Positions 20,301 through 29,417 of a stretch of 64,000 bases of DNA are shown in pieces. The stretch comes from Bacilli bacterium. Lineage in GTDB: Bacteria > Bacillota_I > Bacilli_A > RFN20 > CAG-826. A model generated the notes under the pieces. The model ran no database searches, was not told the origin of the DNA, and saw nothing but the letters and a program-made list of their open reading frames with translations. Made by a program: the position numbers and the translations under genes. The stretch covers positions 8,704-72,703 of the forward strand of contig JAZQOV010000007.1 of NCBI GenBank assembly GCA_045628045.1, read 5' to 3'. Numbering within the stretch: position 1 is the stretch's first letter; each line of letters begins with the position of its first letter.

Positions 20301-21697
20301 CTGAAAACGTTTATCGTGCTGGAACAATTGGAACAGTTGCTAGCAAGACCGCATTTGGTTATGTTCGTAACTATTTTGAATCAAAAGGAATTGATCCAAG
20401 CTCAATTGCTGGTGAAAGAATTGCTTATATGGCGTCACATTGTACCGATGTTAAACGTACAACTGGACAACACCCTGGTGGAATTGTTGTTCTTCCAAAA
20501 GGACGTTCAATTTATGAGTTCACTCCAATTCAATATCCAGCTGATGATAAGGAATCAAATTGGCTTACAACACATCTTGATTATCATGCTGCACTTGATG
20601 CGCAACTTTTAAAACTTGACCTACTAGGTCACGTTGACCCATTAGCTCTTCGCTTAATGTCACTTTTAACAGGTGTTGATGTTAAGAAAATTCCTCTTAA
20701 CGATAAGAAAGTTATTTCACTTTTCACATCTACAAAGGCACTTAACTTGAGTGAAAACTATTTGAAGACAAAGATTGGTTCATCTGGACTTCCAGAGTAC
20801 GGAACTGAAACATGTCGTGATATTTTGTTAAAAGCAAAACCAAAAACATTCGCTGAAGTTGTTGCAGTCGCAGGTCTTGCTCACGGTACTAACGTTTGGG
20901 GTCATAACCAAGAAGATTTGATTAGAAATGGCACAATGTCTCTTCATAACTGTGTTGCTGCTCGTGATGATATTATGAAGTATTTAATTGCTCATGGAGT
21001 TGACTCTTCAACAGCATTTAAAATAATGGAAAAAGTACGTAAAGGTAAGAAAATTCCTGAGGAATTCCTTCCTATTTTGAGAAAACAAGGCATTCCAGAG
21101 TACTACATTGAAGCATGTAATAAAATCAAATATCTTTATCCAAAAGCACACGCTGTTGCTTATGCTACAATGGCTGTTCGTGTTGGTTATTTTAAAGTTT
21201 ATTATCCACTCGAATTCTATGCTGTTTGGTTCTCTGCTCGTTGCGATGCTTATGATATTCGCACTATGCTTGCAGGTTATGAAAAAATTAAAGAGCGTTA
21301 TGATGAACTTACTCGTTTGCTTAACGACAGAACCCAAAAGACTGTTAAAAAGGATGAAGATTTACACGCAATGCTAGAAGTTTGCATTGAGATGTTTGAA
21401 CGTGGTTATAAATTTGGCAACATTGATTTATATAAATCAAAGGCTAAAGAATTTATAGTCGATAAAGAAAATGGTTTACTAATCCCACCATTCGTCGTTA
21501 TCGATGGTTTAGGCGACGCTGCTGCTGAATCGGTAGTGGAAGCAAGAAAAGATGGAGAGTTCTCTTCTAAAGAAGACTTACTTAAACGTACTAAACTAAA
21601 TGGCACTAACGTAGAAGATTTAGATTCTATTGGTGTTTTAAAAGGATTAGGAGAAACAGATCAAATGTCACTTTTTGAATTTGGTCTAGGTGATTAA
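17360..21697 (+). CDS. polC: DNA polymerase III alpha, PolC type
   Basis: PHP ELHLHTKMS, exonuclease VFDLETTG, GSRGSVGSS, KVPDIDLNF, TTGQHPGG, PKAHAVAY. Confidence 0.98.
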   Translation: MKDKMIRFLTSIGIQNVERFDMDFDLVTRNRTHFMQIDMLIVKQTPWEYELLEEFQNHLEGIKYPYSIKFSYVKKPVACDATKLFKEWHFSHCRVPSTLKLVGIGNTITFYYESVEEKEKNNSVVKDFKSFLDFLGYDFTFEHKLLDKTEELPKESPKEEIKTEMSEEEEETLKAYQSSIVEMRHEFEKMPHKNDSWKDRIPYKKLENISDINEDSANVEIEGQLYGIDKPKIIRNGKTLLTCGLGKGDCGIALKVLENDNMSPDFIEDELKNEKWARVKGYVSRDSYKGSLVLDARSIEITEGPQLRTDDEEEKRVELHLHTKMSSMDGVTSTEDYFKLAKNMGHKAVAITDHGVVQSYPNAQKISGKTGVKALYGCEFYMVNDELPFALNPVDIPLNKATYVVFDLETTGLSTRYDRITEFGGIRFENGQIVKTLDLLINPERQIPKAIVEKTHISNEMVKDKPTIEQVIDQILEFMDGAILVSHNITFDYGFIAENLRRMGREKFVKPAIDTLSLSRYLFPEASAHRLGSLSKNLGMDNYDDEEAHRADYDAKILNEVWLAMLSRLTKTNKDLKHSDLAKIKTTNSMLKHMRPDHVTVLAKNEEGIKDIFELVSLSHINYLADVPKIPKREIERLRKNLLVGSACQNGEIFDMERTRSKQDLLDAMEFYDYIEVQPIENYLNLVNRGIVLNNEQIQAYITDIVECADSIGKMVVATGDVHYANPEDKISRDIYIAAKAVGGKFHPLHLKDPTLQNPNQHYRTTREMLDAFSFLGEEKAKEIVIKNTNIIADSLKEMAPIKEVLEKPVIENSEQMLTDACFNKAKELYGENIPQDIVDRLNKELNGINGHGYSVTYYIAHEIIRRANEDGYMVGSRGSVGSSLAAHLYGITEVNPLAPHYRCPKCKHFEYSDDPECYSGSDLPEKKCPVCGEPMVHDGQEIPFETFLGFDAEKVPDIDLNFPSDYQAKAHESTKDIFGAENVYRAGTIGTVASKTAFGYVRNYFESKGIDPSSIAGERIAYMASHCTDVKRTTGQHPGGIVVLPKGRSIYEFTPIQYPADDKESNWLTTHLDYHAALDAQLLKLDLLGHVDPLALRLMSLLTGVDVKKIPLNDKKVISLFTSTKALNLSENYLKTKIGSSGLPEYGTETCRDILLKAKPKTFAEVVAVAGLAHGTNVWGHNQEDLIRNGTMSLHNCVAARDDIMKYLIAHGVDSSTAFKIMEKVRKGKKIPEEFLPILRKQGIPEYYIEACNKIKYLYPKAHAVAYATMAVRVGYFKVYYPLEFYAVWFSARCDAYDIRTMLAGYEKIKERYDELTRLLNDRTQKTVKKDEDLHAMLEVCIEMFERGYKFGNIDLYKSKAKEFIVDKENGLLIPPFVVIDGLGDAAAESVVEARKDGEFSSKEDLLKRTKLNGTNVEDLDSIGVLKGLGETDQMSLFEFGLGD

Positions 21698-21699
21698 GT

Positions 21700-21775
21700 C
21701 GGGGCGTAGCACATCTGGTAGTGCGCTTGCTTCGGGAGCAAGAGGTGGCGAGTTCAAGTCTCGCCGCTCCGACCA
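21700..21775 (+). tRNA. tRNA-Pro(CGG)
   Basis: Cloverleaf; anticodon arm CTTGC-TTCGGGA-GCAAG; encoded CCA; begins 2 nt after the polC stop. Confidence 0.95.
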
Positions 21776-21779
21776 TTAC

Positions 21780-21856
<77 letters not shown>

Positions 21857-21862
21857 ATTAGT

Positions 21863-22639
21863 ATGAAAAAAAGAATACTTTTTATTAATATTGCAGCATT
21901 AGTAACTCTTTGTGGGTGTGGAACAAACGAAAAACCTAACTCACAAGTTTTTTCTATTATGTCTTTTAACACCAAAAGAAATCCAGGTATAAAAAGACTT
22001 AACGAAATTGTTGATATTGTGAAAGATAACAACCCAGATTTAATTGGATTTCAAGAAATAAAATCGTATACTGAACCTTTTTTGAAAGCAAAGCTTTCAG
22101 ATTATAAAACTATTTATAATATTAGAGGTTTTGATAATGAAGGAATTGCGATTTATTACAAGAAATCAAAATTTGAATTACTTGAATCAGGACATAAATG
22201 GTTAACCGAAACTCCTGATAAAATGTCGAAGATTAAGGATTCAAATTGCTATAGAATCCTCAATTATGCAGTGTTAAAAGAGAAATTTTCTCAAAAAGTT
22301 TTTATGCACGTGAACACTCACATTGATAATAATAAAAATGTTCAAACTGAACAAATGGTGGAGTTTACTCAAATAGTAAGATCATTAAAATCTTATCCAA
22401 CTTTGGTTACAGGAGACTTTAATTTTAATCCTACTACGAACATGTATTCTGATTTCATAAACGTTGGTTATGATGACTTATCAATTTCTGATTCTCGAGG
22501 TAATAAAAAAATCGATTATATTTTTGCAACTCAAAATCAATTTTTAATCTCAGATTTTAAAGTCATTGATCATCATAAATATTCATTGACTGCAAGTGAT
22601 CATTTTGCAATTATTTGTAAAATTGATTTCGATTTCTAA
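21863..22639 (+). CDS. Endonuclease/exonuclease/phosphatase family lipoprotein
   Basis: Lipobox LCGC; MSFN, GFQE, NTH, GDFN, IDYIF, SDH; start moved to ATG 21863 because the longer ORF overlaps the tRNA. Confidence 0.85.
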   Translation: MKKRILFINIAALVTLCGCGTNEKPNSQVFSIMSFNTKRNPGIKRLNEIVDIVKDNNPDLIGFQEIKSYTEPFLKAKLSDYKTIYNIRGFDNEGIAIYYKKSKFELLESGHKWLTETPDKMSKIKDSNCYRILNYAVLKEKFSQKVFMHVNTHIDNNKNVQTEQMVEFTQIVRSLKSYPTLVTGDFNFNPTTNMYSDFINVGYDDLSISDSRGNKKIDYIFATQNQFLISDFKVIDHHKYSLTASDHFAIICKIDFDF

Positions 22640-22686
22640 ACAAATTATTGTAAATAATAGAAAATAAAAGTATTATATTACTCGCT

Positions 22687-22762
22687 GGGCCTGTAGCTCA
22701 CCTGGGAGAGCGCCTCCATGGCATGGAGGAGGTAGCCGGTTCGATCCCGGTCAGGTCCACCA
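22687..22762 (+). tRNA. tRNA-Ala(GGC)
   Basis: Anticodon arm CCTCC-ATGGCAT-GGAGG; G3.U70; encoded CCA. Confidence 0.95.
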
Positions 22763-22773
22763 GATAACAAATT

Positions 22774-22796
22774 AAGAACCATATATGGTTCTTTTT
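22774..22796 (+). terminator. Terminator after tRNA-Ala
   Basis: AAGAACCAT-AT-ATGGTTCTT followed by a T tract. Confidence 0.75.
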
Positions 22797-22901
22797 ATTT
22801 TAACTTTTTTAACAATGAATAAACTTCATTTGTTTGGTATAATTTAGTTAACTGGTGCGAAAGCACACATAAAGGAGGATACCAATAAGGTATAAAAACA
22901 T

Positions 22902-24416
22902 ATGGCATACAATGGATTCGCTATTGATAAGTATCTTGATGCTGTTCAAGTTACAAAAGATCTTGATGAATTAATTAAGAAACCAATTTACTCAATCAAA
23001 CCTGAGGCACTTCAAGTTTACGAAGAAGAATATTTTGGAAAGAAATGTCAAAAATCAAAAGAAATGATTGAAAAGGCAAAAAACATCATTCCAGGTGGTG
23101 TTCAACATAACCTTGCATTTAACTATCCATTCCCAATCGTTATGACTAAGGCTTTAGGAAATAAGCTTTATGATATTGATGGAAATGTTTATTTCGACCT
23201 TCTCCAAGCTGGCGGACCAACACTTCTTGGTTCAAATGATCCAGTTGTAAGAGAAAAAGTCATTGAACTTTTAAATACATGTGGTCCTTCTACAGGTTTA
23301 TTCCATGAATATGAATACAAATTAGCAGAACTTATTCACCAATGTGTTCCTTCAGTTGAAAAATTCAGAATGTTAGGTTCTGGAACTGAAGCATGTATGT
23401 GTGCACTTCGTATTGCTAGACTTAAAACAGGACATAAAAATGTCCTTAAAATGGGTGGAGCCTATCATGGTTGGTCAGATCAAATGGCCTATGGCATGAG
23501 AGTTCCAGGAACAAAAAATATTAAATCTGGTGGTGTTCCAATGTTCGTCTTTAAACACACAGACGAATTCTTTCCAGGCGATTTAAAATCTCTTGAACGT
23601 AAGTTAAGAAAAAATAGATTATGCGGTGGAACAGCTGCTGTTTATATTGAACCAATTGGTCCAGAATCTGGTACAAGACCAGTCACAAAAGAATTCGTCC
23701 AAGGTTGTGAAAGATTAGCTCACAAATACGGCGCACTTCTTGTCTGCGACGAAGTCGTTTCTGGTTTTAGAATTGGCGTTGGTGGTGCTCAAGCATATTT
23801 TGGCATCAACCCAGACTTAACAATTTTTGGTAAGATTGTTGCTGGCGGTTATCCAGGCGCAGGTGGCGTCGGTGGACACGCAGATTGTATGGCTCACTTA
23901 GGTGCTGGCCTTGATACAGGCGCTAAAAAAGGAAAAAAACAAAAGAAGATTAAAAAAGCTATGTGCGGTGGCACAATGGCTGCAACTCCAATCAGCTGCG
24001 TAGCAGGTTATTACGCAATTAGTGAAATTATTAGACGCAATGCTTGTGAAGTCGCAGGTCGTATGGGTGATCGTTTAACAAAAGGATTACAAGATTTAAT
24101 TAAGAAATATAATTTACCATTCGTTGCATTTAATATAGGTTCAGTTTGTCACTTAGACACTGTTGGCACAATGCACTTCTGTATTGATTGGAAACGTATT
24201 TGGACAATTCCACATGTCTTAAAAGAAACAACAAAGAGACAAAGAGAAATGGAACATATGGGTGCTGCTTACATGGCAGAAGGTATTGTTACCTTAGCAG
24301 GTTCAAGACTTTATACTTCTGCAGCATACACTGAAGCAGATGTTGATGAAGTTTTACGTAGATTTGAAAAAGTCTTCCAAAACTGTGCTCAACTTGAATT
24401 CCCAAATAAAAAATAA
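22902..24416 (+). CDS. Class III PLP aminotransferase, GSA-aminomutase-like, substrate unknown
   Basis: IPGGV, LYDIDGN.Y.D, SGTEA, YHG, EP, DEVVSGFR, PDLTIFGK (PLP Lys), GGT. Confidence 0.85.
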   Translation: MAYNGFAIDKYLDAVQVTKDLDELIKKPIYSIKPEALQVYEEEYFGKKCQKSKEMIEKAKNIIPGGVQHNLAFNYPFPIVMTKALGNKLYDIDGNVYFDLLQAGGPTLLGSNDPVVREKVIELLNTCGPSTGLFHEYEYKLAELIHQCVPSVEKFRMLGSGTEACMCALRIARLKTGHKNVLKMGGAYHGWSDQMAYGMRVPGTKNIKSGGVPMFVFKHTDEFFPGDLKSLERKLRKNRLCGGTAAVYIEPIGPESGTRPVTKEFVQGCERLAHKYGALLVCDEVVSGFRIGVGGAQAYFGINPDLTIFGKIVAGGYPGAGGVGGHADCMAHLGAGLDTGAKKGKKQKKIKKAMCGGTMAATPISCVAGYYAISEIIRRNACEVAGRMGDRLTKGLQDLIKKYNLPFVAFNIGSVCHLDTVGTMHFCIDWKRIWTIPHVLKETTKRQREMEHMGAAYMAEGIVTLAGSRLYTSAAYTEADVDEVLRRFEKVFQNCAQLEFPNKK

Positions 24417-24418
24417 TT

Positions 24419-25198
24419 ATGGCTTATTCATTAGAGGAAGCAAAAAAACTTGTCATTAAGGCTGGCCTTGAGCTTTCGAAAAAGAAACTCATTGCTAGAA
24501 CTTGGGGCAATATTTCTGCTCGTATTTCTGATACAGAATTTGTTATTACTCCAAGCGGAATTCCTTATGACAAAGTTAATAACAACAACATAGTTGTTGT
24601 AAAGATTGAAGATTGCTCTTGGAGTGGCGATGTTAAACCAAGTGGAGAAAAGAAGGTTCACGCTGCTATTTATAAAGCACGTCCGGATGTTAATTTCATT
24701 CTTCACACACATCAAAACTACGCAACAGCAATCTCTGTTGATGGAAAAGATAAGGACTTCGTTCCTGTAGCAAAATATGGACTTCCATCCACAAAAACTT
24801 TAGTTAATAACGTTGCAACAGCAGTTATTAATAACAAAAATAAAAATGCTGTTTTAATGGCACGTCATGGCGCAGTTATTTACGCAGATAACTACGATGA
24901 TGCTTTTAAGACCGCTCTAGAACTTGAAGAAAAATCAAAAGAATTGTTTGATAAAGTTGCAACAAAAAAGAGTGCTAAACAAGAAGCCAAACCATATTTA
25001 GATGATTATGCACAAATGTTTGGACACTCAAAGAAAGCAGTTGAAGAAGATAAAGAAGCAATTGAACTTATTAAATTTAAGAATTCACTTGCTGCTTCTT
25101 ATCAAAAGAAATTAAAACCAATGAAATGCTTAGACGTTGCATTACAACATTTCATTTATAAGAAAAAATATTCAAAGTTAGCTAATAAAGCTAAATAG
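24419..25198 (+). CDS. Class II (Zn) aldolase/epimerase, FucA/AraD-like
   Basis: TWGNISAR, TPSG, PSGE..VHAAIY, HTH, RHG. Confidence 0.88.
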   Translation: MAYSLEEAKKLVIKAGLELSKKKLIARTWGNISARISDTEFVITPSGIPYDKVNNNNIVVVKIEDCSWSGDVKPSGEKKVHAAIYKARPDVNFILHTHQNYATAISVDGKDKDFVPVAKYGLPSTKTLVNNVATAVINNKNKNAVLMARHGAVIYADNYDDAFKTALELEEKSKELFDKVATKKSAKQEAKPYLDDYAQMFGHSKKAVEEDKEAIELIKFKNSLAASYQKKLKPMKCLDVALQHFIYKKKYSKLANKAK

Positions 25199-25208
25199 GA
25201 GAAAATTT

Positions 25209-26813
25209 ATGAAATATGTAATTGCATATGACATAGGTACTACTGGAGTAAAGACCTGTATTTTTAAGCTTAGCGATAAGATTGAATTTATTGCTGGCGA
25301 ATCAGCGTCTTATCCACTTTTCGTTCTTCCAAACGGTGGAGCTGAACAAGATCCAAACGATTGGTGGAAGGGAATGTGCGAATCTACTGCCGCAGTACTT
25401 AAAAAAGCCAAAATTAAACCAGAACAAATTGAAGCTTTATCATTTTGTTCTCAAGCACAAGGCGTTGTTTTAGTAGATAAAAATGGAAAACCTGTAAGAC
25501 GCGCAATGTCTTATATGGATCAAAGAGCTACTGAAGAAGTTAAGAAAGGTATTTCGTATGGCTTACAAATTGCTGGTGCAAATATCTTTAAACTTATTCC
25601 AAGCTTAGTGATTACTGGTGCTGTAACCTCAAGTGCTAAAGACCCTGTTTGGAAATATAAATGGGTCGAAGCTCATGAACCAGAAGTATTTAAAAAGATT
25701 TATAAATGGCTTGATGTTAAAGATTATTTAATCTGTCGTTGTACAAAAGAATTTACGATGACAGATGACACAGCATTTGGCACTCTTATCTATGATAATA
25801 GACCAGAAAAAGGTGGTTGTTTCTCAGAAAAGATGTGCAAAATGTTTAACATTAACATGGACCATCTTCCAAAGATTATTCGTTCAACTGATGTAGCTGG
25901 CTTACTGTGTAAGGAAGCCGCAAAAGAACTTGGACTTAAAGAAGGAACAAAGGTTTTTGGTGGCGGCGGAGATTCAAGTTTAATTGGTATCGGCGCTGGC
26001 GCAACACGTGTAGGTGATACACACGTTTATGTTGGAACGTCAGGTTGGGTTATTACAGTCACTGACAAGAGAATGGTTGATACATCTGCAATGATAGCCG
26101 CTATTACTGGTGCTGATCCAGGCAAATACAATTACTTTGCAGAAATGGAAACCGCAGGTAAATGTTATGAATGGGTTCATGACCATTTGGCATTAGATGA
26201 AATTAACATGTACATGGCTGAATTTGGTGATAAATTCCCAGGTTATGAAGGCCACAAAAGAACAATGTATGAATTCTTAAATGAATCTATCAAAGACGTA
26301 AAACCAGGAAGCAATGGTGTAATTTTTACACCATGGTTACACGGTAATAGATGTCCATTCGAAGATCCACATGCTTTGGGAATGTTTTTTGGTCTTAAAA
26401 TTGATACCGGAAAACGCGATATGATTCGTTCAGTTCTTGAAGGTATTTATTATCACTTAAGATGGATGATGGAATGTGAAGATAAAAAACTCGACATTAA
26501 AGACACATTAAGATTCTGTGGTGGTGGAGCACTTTCTCCTATTGCATGTCAAATTCTTTGCGATGTTTTAGGAAAGAAACTTGAAGTTGTGGAGCATCCT
26601 CAAAACGTTGGAGCAATGGGCGCAGCTGCAGTTATGGGAATCGGTTTAGGCTTAATTAAAAACTTTGATGAAGTTAGAAAATATATTCCTGTAAAAGATA
26701 CATTTACACCAAATAAAGAAAACCATGAAGCTTATGAAGTTTATTATCAAACATTCAAGAGTTTACATGACGCGAATAAAAAACAATTCAAAATGATTGA
26801 AGGAGCAAAATAA
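25209..26813 (+). CDS. FGGY-family carbohydrate kinase
   Basis: AYDIGTTGVK, EQDP.DWW, DQRA, GGGD, GTSG, PWLHGNRCP, RSVLEG, GGGA. Confidence 0.9.
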   Translation: MKYVIAYDIGTTGVKTCIFKLSDKIEFIAGESASYPLFVLPNGGAEQDPNDWWKGMCESTAAVLKKAKIKPEQIEALSFCSQAQGVVLVDKNGKPVRRAMSYMDQRATEEVKKGISYGLQIAGANIFKLIPSLVITGAVTSSAKDPVWKYKWVEAHEPEVFKKIYKWLDVKDYLICRCTKEFTMTDDTAFGTLIYDNRPEKGGCFSEKMCKMFNINMDHLPKIIRSTDVAGLLCKEAAKELGLKEGTKVFGGGGDSSLIGIGAGATRVGDTHVYVGTSGWVITVTDKRMVDTSAMIAAITGADPGKYNYFAEMETAGKCYEWVHDHLALDEINMYMAEFGDKFPGYEGHKRTMYEFLNESIKDVKPGSNGVIFTPWLHGNRCPFEDPHALGMFFGLKIDTGKRDMIRSVLEGIYYHLRWMMECEDKKLDIKDTLRFCGGGALSPIACQILCDVLGKKLEVVEHPQNVGAMGAAAVMGIGLGLIKNFDEVRKYIPVKDTFTPNKENHEAYEVYYQTFKSLHDANKKQFKMIEGAK

Positions 26814-26814
26814 C

Positions 26815-27285
26815 ATGGAAAAAGCAAAGAAAAAAGAGTTAATACGTACATTAAAGTACGTACTCATTGCAGCATCAGCTGGTCTTATTCAACTTGGCAC
26901 AACTGCAATTTTATCATTGATTTGGCCTGTTGAAAAATTTGCAAACGGACCAGTACTATTCTATTTAATCGGTTTAGTTTTATCAGTTATTTGGAATTTA
27001 ACAATTAATAGAAAATACACTTTCAAGAGTGCAAATAATATTGGCATTGCAATTCTTTGGACAATTGGATTCTATTTGATTTTCACTCCTGCTTCATTGC
27101 TTTTACAAGGTTGGCTAACAAATGGTGTCATGATTGAAAACTCAACTTTAATCTTAAAAAATCACTTAGGATGGCACACTCTTATTGGAACTATTATTTG
27201 TATGGTTCTCAATCTTAGTCTTGAATTCCCATTCCAAAAATATATTGTCTTCAGAGGCTCGATTGACCAAACTGAAAAGAAATAA
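26815..27285 (+). CDS. GtrA-family small membrane protein
   Basis: Four TMs; WNLTINRKYTFKS and QKYIVF motifs. Confidence 0.75.
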   Translation: MEKAKKKELIRTLKYVLIAASAGLIQLGTTAILSLIWPVEKFANGPVLFYLIGLVLSVIWNLTINRKYTFKSANNIGIAILWTIGFYLIFTPASLLLQGWLTNGVMIENSTLILKNHLGWHTLIGTIICMVLNLSLEFPFQKYIVFRGSIDQTEKK

Positions 27286-27314
27286 AAATAGGGCTCGAAT
27301 TTGAGCACTTTTTC

Positions 27315-27773
27315 TTACCTTATTTTTAGTAATAAACTTTTAATTATATCTTCACAACATTGAGTGATTTGATCGCACACAATTGAGTATTCTCCGGAAT
27401 ACCACGGATCGTCAATTTCCCCGGGATTTTCCGAATATTTTGTGATATTTACGTACTTTTTTGAAACGTCTTCAATCAAGTGTTTCATGAAATTTAAGTT
27501 GTTATTATCCATAAAGAAAATATAGTCAGCCCAATCATAATCTTGCTTTGTTATTTGCATTGCGTGGTGAGATTCATAAGCAATATTTCGATGATCTAAT
27601 TCTCTTTTCATTGGAGGGTAAATATCGTTTCCGATTTCTTCTCTAGATGCCGCTCTCGAGATAACAGAAAAATATTCCTCTAATTCATATTTTCTTAGAA
27701 GATCTTTCATTATCCATTCTGCAGCAGGAGATCTGCAGATATTGCCATGACAAACAAAAATAATATTTTTCAT
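27315..27773 (-). CDS. Low-molecular-weight protein tyrosine phosphatase
   Basis: FVCHGNICRSP, DDPWY. Confidence 0.92.
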   Translation of the reverse strand: MKNIIFVCHGNICRSPAAEWIMKDLLRKYELEEYFSVISRAASREEIGNDIYPPMKRELDHRNIAYESHHAMQITKQDYDWADYIFFMDNNNLNFMKHLIEDVSKKYVNITKYSENPGEIDDPWYSGEYSIVCDQITQCCEDIIKSLLLKIR

Positions 27774-27822
27774 AATTTAAATTCTATTTACATTTTTTAT
27801 GTAAATCAATATCATATTACGT

Positions 27823-28224
27823 ATGAATTCTAAAAGGGAAGTATTTGTAGTTGCAGGTGCTATCGTAAAAGATGGCAAAGTTTTTTCTGCACAACGTGGA
27901 AATAAAGGAAAGACTGCATACAAATGGGAATTCCCTGGAGGAAAAATAGAACCAGGAGAGACTCCTGAACATGCACTTGCTAGGGAACTTCAAGAAGAAC
28001 TTTCCATAAATGTTGAGGTTCATGAATTAATCACAGCAATAGTGGATGAATATGAAGATGTTATTTTGCACATTGATACTTATCGTTGTACTTTACTTTC
28101 GGGAACTCCAACTTTATCAGAGCACATTGCTTTGCAATGGTCTAATAAAGAAGAACTCGATAAACTCACATTTTCACCTGCTGACGCACCAACTCTGAAA
28201 AAGATTAAAGAACTGTATCTCTAA
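27823..28224 (+). CDS. NUDIX hydrolase, MutT/NudG-like
   Basis: WEFPGGKIEPGETPEHALARELQEEL Nudix box. Confidence 0.9.
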   Translation: MNSKREVFVVAGAIVKDGKVFSAQRGNKGKTAYKWEFPGGKIEPGETPEHALARELQEELSINVEVHELITAIVDEYEDVILHIDTYRCTLLSGTPTLSEHIALQWSNKEELDKLTFSPADAPTLKKIKELYL

Positions 28225-28230
28225 TACTTT

Positions 28231-28313
28231 GCAGAGGTGGCGAAATTGGTAAACGCGTAGGCCTCAGAAACCTATCCGCAAGGTTGTGAGTTCAAGTCTC
28301 ACCCTCTGCACCA
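28231..28313 (+). tRNA. tRNA-Leu(CAG)
   Basis: Long variable arm; loop CTCAGAA; encoded CCA. Confidence 0.92.
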
Positions 28314-28395
28314 ACAAGAAATAAAGATAAGGTCAATTTATAGACCTTTTCTTTTTATTGAAAATAAGCTTTATCTTTAGTAATATAATAACGTT

Positions 28396-28480
28396 GCCCA
28401 AGTGGTGAAATTGGTAGACGCAAAGGACTCAAAATCCTTCGGAGAAATCCATGCCGGTTCGAGTCCGGCCTTGGGCACCA
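28396..28480 (+). tRNA. tRNA-Leu(CAA)
   Basis: Anticodon arm AAGGA-CTCAAAA-TCCTT; long variable arm; encoded CCA. Confidence 0.95.
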
Positions 28481-28520
28481 TCTTAGATTACATTCCTATG
28501 GAATATATAGGAGAATATAT

Positions 28521-29414
28521 ATGACAAATTATCAAATATTTACAGACTCATCAAGTGATCTCACTCATGAGATGAGACAACAATTTAATATTGATTATTT
28601 TAGAATGGCTTTTACTGTCAACGGAGAAGAAATTAAGGCAGATTTAGACTTTAAACTCTATTCTTATGAACAACTCTATGAATGGATTAAAAATCCTGAA
28701 GTAGAAATAAAAACATCGCTTGTTAAAATGCAAGAATTCATCGATAGACTTACTCCATATTTAGATAAAGGAATCGATATTCTTTATATTGCGTGCACAA
28801 CTGTTTTAAGTGGAACACTTAATTTCTTTAGACTTGCAGCAGAGGAATTAAAACAAAAATATCCTGAAAGAAAGATTGTTGGTGTTGATTCATCTCGCGC
28901 TGGCATGACTCTTGGCATCATGGTTATGGATGCTTGCAAACTTCAAAAAGAAGGCAAAACAATTGAAGAAGTTATTACTTTTGTTGAAAAGGAAAAACAA
29001 AAATATAACCTATGTGGAACTGTTGAAACATTAACCTATTTGAAGAATGCTGGCAGAGTTTCTGGCGCAGCTGCTTTCTTTGCAAATATGTTTGGAATTA
29101 AACCTATTATTGTTGCCGATACCAAAGGACATAACTATGTTATTGGCAAAGTAAAAGGCATGAGAACCGCATACGAAAAATTATTTGAAATTGTTAAAGA
29201 AACTGTTGAGGAACAAACTACACCTATCATTTATGTTGGTCAAGGGTTTAACCAAGAAGCAGAAGATTATTTTATTGAAAGATTTACAAAGGAATTAAAT
29301 GCAAAAATTGTGAAATATAAAGTTGGTCCTATTATTGGCATTTCCTGTGGACCAGGAGTTATTCATATTGTTTGCAAAGGTAAAGAAATGACTATTACTG
29401 CACCGGAGGAATAA
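28521..29414 (+). CDS. DegV/FakB fatty-acid-binding protein
   Basis: IFTDSSSDL, KTS, LSGT, VDS, L.YL..GRVS, IKPII, GPG. Confidence 0.92.
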   Translation: MTNYQIFTDSSSDLTHEMRQQFNIDYFRMAFTVNGEEIKADLDFKLYSYEQLYEWIKNPEVEIKTSLVKMQEFIDRLTPYLDKGIDILYIACTTVLSGTLNFFRLAAEELKQKYPERKIVGVDSSRAGMTLGIMVMDACKLQKEGKTIEEVITFVEKEKQKYNLCGTVETLTYLKNAGRVSGAAAFFANMFGIKPIIVADTKGHNYVIGKVKGMRTAYEKLFEIVKETVEEQTTPIIYVGQGFNQEAEDYFIERFTKELNAKIVKYKVGPIIGISCGPGVIHIVCKGKEMTITAPEE

Positions 29415-29417
29415 AAA

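Noticed and set aside
22902-24416. Calling the aminotransferase hemL
   Set aside because: There are no neighbouring hem genes, it has long extensions, and its operon partners are a sugar kinase and an aldolase.
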